From a virus, in IMG/VR virus record IMGVR_UViG_3300020411_000003: 64,000 nt of DNA; one strand, given 5' to 3'. The translations under genes were made by a program, and so were the position numbers. Each line of letters begins with the position of its first letter. The first letter of the stretch is position 1. The notes under the pieces were generated by a model. The model saw only the letters and a list, made by a program, of their open reading frames with translations. It made no database searches and was not told where the DNA came from. This document shows positions 28,383-34,232 of this stretch, in pieces.

Positions 28383-28626
28383 ACCCAGTAATAAAACAAT
28401 CGGGTGGGTTCTTGCCATAATGGGTTGAGATGATCTCGTCTGCTGTCTCTTCGAATTCTTGATCATTGATGTGATCAATTAATTCTCTCTCAGACATTGA
28501 ACCGAAATACTCAGTAAGACTAGAGCGAATGTATCGCTCCATGTCGTTGTTGTTCATTCGGTCGAGTTCGATTTCAACGTAGTCTTTGACTAACCAATCG
28601 AAGGTGCAATCATTCGCTTCGGGCAT
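28381..28626 (-). CDS. Hypothetical acidic protein (81 aa)
   Basis: Likely start MPEANDC at 28626 (TAATG coupling). Confidence 0.65.
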   Translation of the reverse strand: MPEANDCTFDWLVKDYVEIELDRMNNNDMERYIRSSLTEYFGSMSERELIDHINDQEFEETADEIISTHYGKNPPDCFITG

Positions 28627-28772
28627 TATTGGCACATGTCCTCGAATCTTTGACGGACAGCGAATTCGATGTCGTCTGAATTGCACATAGCGATGTCACC
28701 TGTTTCGGTGAGTTCGCTGATGACCTCTTCGTAAAGAGATTCTAAAATTGATTCGTGATGAAGTGTGCTCAT
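28626..28772 (-). CDS. Hypothetical protein (48 aa)
   Basis: Likely start MSTLHHESILE at 28772 (TAATG coupling). Confidence 0.7.
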   Translation of the reverse strand: MSTLHHESILESLYEEVISELTETGDIAMCNSDDIEFAVRQRFEDMCQ

Positions 28773-28927
28773 TAGTCGTAGCAAAATGGGGTTGGATTGA
28801 AAATGATCTCGCATGCAGCGTCGAAGTCTGCTTCGTTGATGTGATCGGGTACACCCAAATCCATTAACATTACAAGAGCGTCTGCGAGTGCGGTCTCTTG
28901 TGCTTCGGTGAGTTTGATGTTTCTCAT
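28772..28927 (-). CDS. Hypothetical protein (51 aa), probably leaderless
   Basis: ATG at 28927 (MRNIKLTEAQE) is 6 nt after TATAAT. Confidence 0.7.
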   Translation of the reverse strand: MRNIKLTEAQETALADALVMLMDLGVPDHINEADFDAACEIIFNPTPFCYD

Positions 28928-28933
28928 GTGCTT

Positions 28934-29009
28934 ATTATAATCCGTCTGCATGAACAATCAAGCAAATGTAACGGATTACAACAACGATGAGGACAGTTCA
29001 ATAACTGAC
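28934..29009 (-). promoter_or_regulatory. Palindrome-spacer-TATAAT early module 2 (long spacer)
   Basis: GTCAGTT-ATTG-AACTGTC, 52 nt, TATAAT. Confidence 0.75.
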
Positions 29010-29129
29010 CGTGTAATCAAGATCCAAAGCGACAAATGAATTAGAATGCGCTTCTATAATGTAGTCATCCTCTTCGGGGTGCTCATCATAGTATTTTAAT
29101 TCATTGTCTACGTACTCTTCCCAGGTCAT
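28998..29129 (-). CDS. Small acidic protein (43 aa), not in ORF track
   Basis: MTWEEYVDNELKYYDEHPEEDDYIIEAHSNSFVALDLDYTVSY. SD-like GAGGGAG and its own promoter. Confidence 0.55.
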   Translation of the reverse strand: MTWEEYVDNELKYYDEHPEEDDYIIEAHSNSFVALDLDYTVSY

Positions 29130-29154
29130 CGGCAGCTCCCTCGCAGTACTTGTA

Positions 29155-29183
29155 ATTATAACATGAATAGCACATCTTCACAA
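29155..29183 (-). promoter_or_regulatory. Sigma70-like early promoter
   Basis: TTGTGA-17 nt-TATAAT. Confidence 0.65.
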
Positions 29184-29276
29184 AAGTCTTTGCATAAAGA
29201 AACAATGCATAAGGCAGCAACGTTTCATTGCATTGCGAAGCAATGTAGCGCAATTGGATTTCTCTCCTATAGGTAT

Positions 29277-29320
29277 AAAAAAAGAGGGCGGTCCGTTGGT
29301 GGCGTGTTGCGTTACGGACC
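29277..29320 (-). terminator. Possible terminator
   Basis: GGTCCGT...ACGGACC stem (17-nt loop), then GCCCTC and T7. Atypical geometry. Confidence 0.45.
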
Positions 29321-29359
29321 TTTAATAATAATAGTAAACCTAATTAACCCTTACGGATA

Positions 29360-29674
29360 TCACCTGACTATGGTGTATCCGTCGAAAAATGGGGTGTTAC
29401 GGTCTCCAATGTACCAGGTCCAGTCATGCTGGAAGATACGTAGACCATACCCGAAAAAGTTCTCAAGTAGAGCATTTAGACGTGACTTGGTTGTGACTGT
29501 CTCCCAACCTGCACTGCTCAATTGCAAATCGCCATTGTCATGGACCACAGCGATTAGATTGTTATGCAAATACACCTCTGAACGGTTTCCCATTCTGTCA
29601 ACACGTGTGTTGCTGTTGTGCCATGATACACGGTTGTTAACGGCGTTGTTCATTTGCTTTTCAATCTTTCTCAT
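29360..29674 (-). CDS. Conserved phage early hypothetical protein (104 aa)
   Basis: MRKIEKQMN...VYLHNNLIA...GWETVTTKSRLNAL, a motif I recall from many phage early regions. Sits directly behind module 3. Confidence 0.8.
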   Translation of the reverse strand: MRKIEKQMNNAVNNRVSWHNSNTRVDRMGNRSEVYLHNNLIAVVHDNGDLQLSSAGWETVTTKSRLNALLENFFGYGLRIFQHDWTWYIGDRNTPFFDGYTIVR

Positions 29675-29699
29675 AGATGCTTTGGTTGAGTACTCCTTA

Positions 29700-29755
29700 A
29701 TTATAGGGCGTGGGGTGCATAATGCAATGCACCCTGTGCCACTTTTTCAACTGGT
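29700..29755 (-). promoter_or_regulatory. Palindrome-spacer-TATAAT early module 3
   Basis: ACCAGTT-GAAA-AAGTGGC, 32 nt containing hairpin GGGTGCA/TGCACCC, TATAAT. Confidence 0.85.
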
Positions 29756-29941
29756 TTGACTATCGTAATAGTCGTGGACGAGTGTGACAGAATTAATATC
29801 CCACTCGCTCACATATTCATCAATGACATCAAATGAATTAATGTCAGCGTGTGCAAGTTCTCTCGCTGCGTCCTCTGACTCAGCATCAACCTCAATGGTG
29901 AAATAGTTCACCTCGCAACACTCAATTAAAAATGTTTTCAT
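29747..29941 (-). CDS. Hypothetical protein (64 aa)
   Basis: YFTIEVDAESEDAARELA pattern; ATGA coupling. Confidence 0.7.
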   Translation of the reverse strand: MKTFLIECCEVNYFTIEVDAESEDAARELAHADINSFDVIDEYVSEWDINSVTLVHDYYDSQTS

Positions 29942-30390
29942 TGTCCTAGATAACCAGCGAACATCATTCCTGGTTCATCATAAAACCAAGTGCAGTCAAC
30001 ATCTGGGTATTGTTCACGAAGTTCATAATAGATCCCCTCTGGTGGTGCCCAGGCAGTTTCGAATTCACATTCAAAACTGTATTCGTCACCATCACAATCA
30101 GGTTGATCTATATCCCACTTCGTACCCCAGTTGTTCACGTTCCAATCATACCAGCGATCATCATTTTTACCATCTGGGAAATCATACGTTGTCCACATGA
30201 TAGACCCATCTGGATTTTTCATCTCTCGCTTGACTGGTAATTCGCCTGCCTCGTTTGGTGTATTTTTCCAATCAGGACTAGGTTTGATCTGATTGAATAC
30301 ATTATCACTTTCAAAGATCTTCCGAAGTTTAGCAATTTGCTCTGTGTCTTCAGAATAGAATGAAACACGATTGTTGCACCAATTAGGCAT
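29938..30390 (-). CDS. DUF1281 / YubB ferredoxin-like family protein
   Basis: MPNWCNN...WYDWNVNNWGTKWD...FETAWAPP...YDEPG. SD GGAGAG. Confidence 0.8.
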   Translation of the reverse strand: MPNWCNNRVSFYSEDTEQIAKLRKIFESDNVFNQIKPSPDWKNTPNEAGELPVKREMKNPDGSIMWTTYDFPDGKNDDRWYDWNVNNWGTKWDIDQPDCDGDEYSFECEFETAWAPPEGIYYELREQYPDVDCTWFYDEPGMMFAGYLGQ

Positions 30391-30410
30391 AGACTCTCCA
30401 TTTAGGTTTG

Positions 30411-30486
30411 ATGTGGACGAGGTTCAAATTAAAGGCGTGTTCTACATAACTTAATTGAAGGTCTCCGCCACCCGTGCCGTCCACAT
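30411..30486 (-). ncRNA. Candidate structured leader or small RNA (76 nt)
   Basis: Terminal 9-bp inverted repeat ATGTGGACG/CGTCCACAT and an inner stem TTCAATTAAG/CTTTAATTTGAA. Starts 4 nt after the TATAAT of module 4. Confidence 0.5.
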
Positions 30487-30490
30487 ATTC

Positions 30491-30546
30491 ATTATAGACA
30501 AAAAAAGACCCCTGTTAAGGGGTCTTGTGACACTAATTAAATTGAC
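30491..30546 (-). promoter_or_regulatory. Palindrome-spacer-TATAAT early module 4
   Basis: GTCAATT-TAAT-TAGTGTC, 32 nt containing AAGACCCC/GGGGTCTT hairpin plus T-tract (nearly identical to module 1), TATAAT. Confidence 0.85.
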
Positions 30547-30797
30547 ACACTCTGCACGTATTTCAACGTTGCATCGTATACAGTGCGAACATCCTTGACT
30601 AATTCCTGGACCTCGTACTGATGGATTGCCCATCGTGCCTTTATGTCCTTGATGTATCGATCAGCAGTGATTAGTCTTGCTGATGATGGACGGGAAGACT
30701 TAACAACTGTTTTTGTTGGTGTCTTCTTTACTGCGGTGACCTTGCGTGTGCGTCTCTTACGAGGTGCTTTTGCTGGTGCTGTTGCAGTTGCTGTCAT
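30537..30797 (-). CDS. Basic protein with Lys/Arg/Thr-rich N-terminal tail (86 aa)
   Basis: MTATATAPAKAPRKRRTRKVTAVKKTPTKT... The track ATG at 30827 overlaps the -10 box, so 30797 is preferred. Confidence 0.75.
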   Translation of the reverse strand: MTATATAPAKAPRKRRTRKVTAVKKTPTKTVVKSSRPSSARLITADRYIKDIKARWAIHQYEVQELVKDVRTVYDATLKYVQSVSI

Positions 30798-30825
30798 AAA
30801 TGAATCAAATTTGATTGACTGATTC

Positions 30826-30900
30826 ATTATAGAGGGTGGCAGTTGACAAAATCACGAGTGTTAAGAGATTGTTGTAAAAAAGTCCAGTTTATCAACTGTC
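30826..30900 (-). promoter_or_regulatory. Palindrome-spacer-TATAAT early module 5 (long spacer)
   Basis: GACAGTT-GATA-AACTGGA, 51 nt, TATAAT. Confidence 0.75.
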
Positions 30901-30911
30901 CACCAATTGTC

Positions 30912-31082
30912 CTATGTCATATGGTCGTCATGATAGAATGCATATTCATCTTTTTTAAACTTGGATACTTTCTTTTTCTTATTCCTCCTTACATTTTTGA
31001 TATCAAATCCATAATCATCGAAGTCATTAACATATACATCCTTAATATTGGACGATTTGTTATACTTACTGTGTTTTGCCAT
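30912..31082 (-). CDS. Small basic protein (56 aa), not in ORF track
   Basis: MAKHSKYNKSSNIKDVYVNDFDDYGFDIKNVRRNKKKKVSKFKKDEYAFYHDDHMT. AATAAATA late-like motif upstream (31105-31112). Confidence 0.7.
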   Translation of the reverse strand: MAKHSKYNKSSNIKDVYVNDFDDYGFDIKNVRRNKKKKVSKFKKDEYAFYHDDHMT

Positions 31083-31103
31083 TGTGACAGCGAGCGTGGT
31101 GGT

Positions 31104-31352
31104 TTATTTATTCTCTACCAGGACACCTGATTTGATGGACTGATTAATAAATCGTCCCACAGATCCCCCTTCTAATTGTAATTCATGAGATGTAAGGGTT
31201 TCACATAGTTTATCAACAAATTGTTGTACATTTTGACAATTAAAGACATATTCTTTGTCTATATTGCTATTATAGACGATTTTCACAGTGTTGTCAAGTG
31301 TTTCGACTGATTTAATCGCACTTGATGTGAATTTATCGTAAATCATTGACAT
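31104..31352 (-). CDS. KTSC-like small protein
   Basis: SSAIKSV...VKIVYNSNIDKEYVF...SVGRFINQSI resembles the KTSC pattern SSxIxSVGYD...Y.Y...SxGxYFNxxI. Confidence 0.55.
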   Translation of the reverse strand: MSMIYDKFTSSAIKSVETLDNTVKIVYNSNIDKEYVFNCQNVQQFVDKLCETLTSHELQLEGGSVGRFINQSIKSGVLVENK

Positions 31353-31379
31353 TTTAGGGCGTTTGCATTAAGTTTAACT

Positions 31380-31735
31380 CGAAAAAACTCGAAAAAACGC
31401 AAAAATACACTTTTTAACCTTTTTAAAGTTCTTAAAAAGTCAAAAAAGTCAAATTTCGTGCTTTTTCGTTTTCCACAGGTTGTGAAAAACTCAAAAAGTG
31501 CTGTTTTTGCTGTTTTCCTCGCTTCTCCCCATATTATAGAGGATCTTCGAGTGTTTTCGAGTCTTTTTGTGACACTTTGGGAACTGGCACAAGGGGACTT
31601 GACAAACGGTAGGGCGCAGCCTAAGACGACATCTCTAGAGCACCTTACATATATTTTTTAAATGATTTAAAAAGTTTTCCACAACACCTCTAAAAACTGT
31701 GGAAAACTCAGTTGTACCAGTGTGCGGAGTGTCAT
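31380..31735. other. Non-coding locus with DnaA-box-like 9-mers, phased A/T tracts and an AT-rich patch (origin-like)
   Basis: TTTTCCACA at 31469-31477 (+), 31675-31683 (+) and 31698-31706 (-), and TTTTTCACA at 31481-31489 (-). A/T tracts recur about every 10 nt over 31382-31516. AT-rich run at 31649-31673. Confidence 0.55.
31533..31588 (-). promoter_or_regulatory. Palindrome-spacer-TATAAT early module 6
   Basis: GCCAGTT-CCCA-AAGTGTC, 32 nt, TATAAT. Confidence 0.85.
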
Positions 31736-31920
31736 CAATCCAACCCCAATCCAGGTAGATTGTCTCTAGACTGTTCATAGACTGCATACTGTCTTTTTAC
31801 GATAGATTTCATGTCATTTAGATATGATTGCATGATACATTCATCACTGTTTGATTTAATTAAATCTTGTATGTGTAGTATGTGTTCTGCTATGAATAAC
31901 AGTTTAGTTTGGTTGTTCAT
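31735..31920 (-). CDS. Hypothetical protein (61 aa)
   Basis: MNNQTKLLFIAEHILHIQDLI... Confidence 0.65.
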   Translation of the reverse strand: MNNQTKLLFIAEHILHIQDLIKSNSDECIMQSYLNDMKSIVKRQYAVYEQSRDNLPGLGLD

Positions 31921-32053
31921 TCTCACAATAGTCTATGTCAATTTCACATAAGATGTCATTTCTATCTTGTACGATAGGTTTAAAGTATTCAATCATTGTT
32001 GATCCTAATACTGACCCACATAGAATAGTGAGTAGAATTAATACAATTCTCAT
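31904..32053 (-). CDS. Small membrane/secreted protein (49 aa), not in ORF track
   Basis: MRIVLILLTILCGSVLGSTMIEYFKPIVQDRNDILCEIDIDYCENEQPN; ATGA coupling. Confidence 0.65.
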   Translation of the reverse strand: MRIVLILLTILCGSVLGSTMIEYFKPIVQDRNDILCEIDIDYCENEQPN

Positions 32054-32232
32054 TGATAATATGCTGGTTTGTATTTGTTATTGTATGTCATGCCCGACTC
32101 ATTCTCTACTGTTCTTCGTAGTTCATTTAATTCTTCATTGATTACATCATTACATTCAGTCAATTGTTCTGCTTCAATCAGATATAATACTAATTGTATT
32201 TGTGCATCTGATAATGGAATAAGAGTTTTCAT
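32050..32232 (-). CDS. Hypothetical protein (60 aa)
   Basis: Coupled ORF within the co-oriented operon. Confidence 0.6.
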   Translation of the reverse strand: MKTLIPLSDAQIQLVLYLIEAEQLTECNDVINEELNELRRTVENESGMTYNNKYKPAYYQ

Positions 32233-32795
32233 CGTTTAAATGTCAGATTAAATGAGAGTGAGACACGATTGTGATTTGTTTCATTGATACGTGTACCATG
32301 CATAAGAAATGATGGCCACAACACGATTAGTCCTTTCTTTGGTATGATTTGTCGTGCCATGTCTAGATGAGCAATCATATAATTGTTCTCAGACACGTAG
32401 TGTGGTGAATGAAAGTAAATGTTCCCATCCCTTTGGTTGGTACTCACATAATACACGCCACTGATGTCGCTGCCACCATGACTGTGCAAGTGTGCATACT
32501 GTCCATTAGTAGTTGACGTGAACCATGAGTTGTTAATATCATAGGGATCATGTGATTTAATACCAATATCATTTAAGTATTGTGTCACATGATATTGAAG
32601 AAACAACTGAAATTTCTCTGACTTTTCTATCACATTTGATTCAAATGGATTAGGTGTCAGATGATGTGTATCAGATGACCAACCAGGACGATGAACAAAC
32701 TCGGTGAGTGTTAAATCATCATTGAGTTCTTTTCTCTCTGGTATAGAACATTGATACTCATATAAGGGAAGGGGAAACCACTGTTCAGTTGCCAT
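32229..32795 (-). CDS. 2OG-Fe(II) oxygenase (TIGR02466-like)
   Basis: SWFT...HLHSHGGSDISGVYYV...GNIYFH...GLIVLWPSFLMHGT...RVSLSFN (HxH...H triad and RxS). Confidence 0.88.
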   Translation of the reverse strand: MATEQWFPLPLYEYQCSIPERKELNDDLTLTEFVHRPGWSSDTHHLTPNPFESNVIEKSEKFQLFLQYHVTQYLNDIGIKSHDPYDINNSWFTSTTNGQYAHLHSHGGSDISGVYYVSTNQRDGNIYFHSPHYVSENNYMIAHLDMARQIIPKKGLIVLWPSFLMHGTRINETNHNRVSLSFNLTFKR

Positions 32796-33028
32796 TAGTT
32801 TTTAAGATATTGAAATGTATGAGGTCCTGTTGGTTCTTTGATTTCAAATTCAACTGTTTCAAACAATCGCATGAGAGTCTTTGAATACATTCTGTATCCA
32901 TTACCCACATACAATTGTCCTAACAACACTGAAATTGTAGCAGATGACCAAAAGAAGTAATACCATCGTGATTTTACTTGCGCCCTTACCTTATCTCTTT
33001 TACTAGTCATACAAATTGTTCTGTTCAT
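32795..33028 (-). CDS. Small membrane protein (77 aa), probably leaderless
   Basis: RDKVRAQVKSRWYYFFWSSATISVLLGQLYVG; ATG 5 nt after TATAAT. Confidence 0.75.
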   Translation of the reverse strand: MNRTICMTSKRDKVRAQVKSRWYYFFWSSATISVLLGQLYVGNGYRMYSKTLMRLFETVEFEIKEPTGPHTFQYLKN

Positions 33029-33033
33029 TAGAC

Positions 33034-33067
33034 ATTATAAAACCCCTGACAGTATTTGTCAAGGGTT
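33034..33067 (-). promoter_or_regulatory. Consensus sigma70 promoter embedded in an 11-bp terminator-like hairpin
   Basis: AACCC-TTGACA-AATAC-TGTCAGGGGTT-T-TATAAT; TTGACA-17-TATAAT. Confidence 0.8.
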
Positions 33068-33094
33068 ATGTGGATGAATTATTCTATTGTAATG

Positions 33095-33256
33095 TTAGGG
33101 AAGCAACGACCTACACATTCGTTTGTCTCCATGCACTGCATCTGCTTCAATTATACAGTCGTAGTAGTCATCTAATCTTGTGAGCGTGTCCTGTGTAGTG
33201 GGGTGCTCGATATGTTTCCACTCTGCTAATTGGTTCTGCGAGATGAGATTGTGCAT
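33095..33256 (-). CDS. Small Cys-pair protein (53 aa), not in ORF track
   Basis: MHNLISQNQLAEWKHIEHPTTQDTLTRLDDYYDCIIEADAVHGDKRMCRSLLP. SD GAGG, with CATAAATA late-like motif at 33336-33343. Confidence 0.75.
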   Translation of the reverse strand: MHNLISQNQLAEWKHIEHPTTQDTLTRLDDYYDCIIEADAVHGDKRMCRSLLP

Positions 33257-33401
33257 TTATTGTTACCTCTTTAGAATTTGGTTATCATGATGTAGAGAGA
33301 GATTCACTTCATCGGTCTGTCCTTAATTCTACCACTATTTATGGTGGAATGGACACATTTATGAGTGATGGTAACAATAATTTATGCCTACGTGATTATA
33401 C

Positions 33402-33563
33402 TTAGTCTGCTTGTAAAATGTAATCTATACAGTTTGGGTGACCATGAATGTATGGGACATCCTCAGTTGCTTCTATCTTTGCTTCGTATGAATTCTCTGC
33501 ATATTCACAGATTTCATGTGTATGCATCTGATGGTCATGATAACCAACAACATAGTGTGACAT
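33402..33563 (-). CDS. Small His-rich protein (53 aa), not in ORF track
   Basis: MSHYVVGYHDHQMHTHEICEYAENSYEAKIEATEDVPYIHGHPNCIDYILQAD; TAATG coupling. Confidence 0.75.
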   Translation of the reverse strand: MSHYVVGYHDHQMHTHEICEYAENSYEAKIEATEDVPYIHGHPNCIDYILQAD

Positions 33564-34126
33564 TAGCTTCTAACTCGAAAGACTATACTATATCTATACA
33601 AATGTGGGTGATTCAGTGATGGTCCAAGTCCTCGATGACTGACATAAGCAGGAAATATAATTATTCTTCCTGGTTTGTACTCATGTGTCTCAATGACACG
33701 GTCCTTGTCTAGGATTTGAAACTGTCCTCCCCACTCTTGACACCACTCAGGGTTTGGGAATACCATGATAGTAAGTTCATCACTCATACCTTCTATGGAG
33801 TCTATGTGTGATGATCCATCACATCCAGAGTGTTGTAAGTTGATGAATATCTCTTGCAAATAATACTCATGTGATGTGAGAGAACATATTCTCTCAAACA
33901 TATCAAAGAATGGTTGTGCTTTATCATGTAATACTGTGCATCTATTCAATGACTTGCGTTCAAATAGTCTGCATCCTAACAGTCTATGTGAACCACTGTC
34001 ACCAAATGGCCAGGTCTTACGATTTGCTATGTTATTTGCTTTGTATTCTATCTGATCATTCAATACTTGCATAATATTATACAAGTACTGTTGATCAAAT
34101 GTGTTATCTATTATTTTTGCGATCAT
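33563..34126 (-). CDS. 2OG-Fe(II) oxygenase (prolyl-4-hydroxylase-like)
   Basis: SSHIDS (HxD), WGGQF, PGRIIIFPAYVSHRG, RYSIVF. Confidence 0.88.
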   Translation of the reverse strand: MIAKIIDNTFDQQYLYNIMQVLNDQIEYKANNIANRKTWPFGDSGSHRLLGCRLFERKSLNRCTVLHDKAQPFFDMFERICSLTSHEYYLQEIFINLQHSGCDGSSHIDSIEGMSDELTIMVFPNPEWCQEWGGQFQILDKDRVIETHEYKPGRIIIFPAYVSHRGLGPSLNHPHLYRYSIVFRVRS

Positions 34127-34232
34127 CTTTCACTGATTTCATTGCGAGGTGTTCAATTAACAAATATAACCACACGATACTCAGCACCATGATAGCAAAT
34201 AGTCTGATATTTTCTGCATTAACTACGATCAT
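34104..34232 (-). CDS. Small membrane protein (42 aa), not in ORF track
   Basis: MIVVNAENIRLFAIMVLSIVWLYLLIEHLAMKSVKDDRKNNR; ATGA coupling. Confidence 0.65.
   Translation of the reverse strand: MIVVNAENIRLFAIMVLSIVWLYLLIEHLAMKSVKDDRKNNR

Noticed and set aside
29290-29320. wcaG-type RNA because of TGGTG/TGGCG on the plus strand
   Set aside because: Only the short motif matches, it is on the non-transcribed strand, and I cannot confirm the rest of the fold without Infernal.
29163-29759. 198-aa plus-strand ORF
   Set aside because: Antisense to a motif-bearing minus-strand gene and its promoter module, and has no recognisable protein features.
30411-30486. tRNA gene (76 nt with a closing stem)
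   Set aside because: No D-arm, anticodon arm or TTCGA T-loop, and no CCA end.
31458-31661. 67-aa plus-strand ORF across the origin-like locus
   Set aside because: Runs through A-tracts and promoter elements and has no SD; best read as non-coding.
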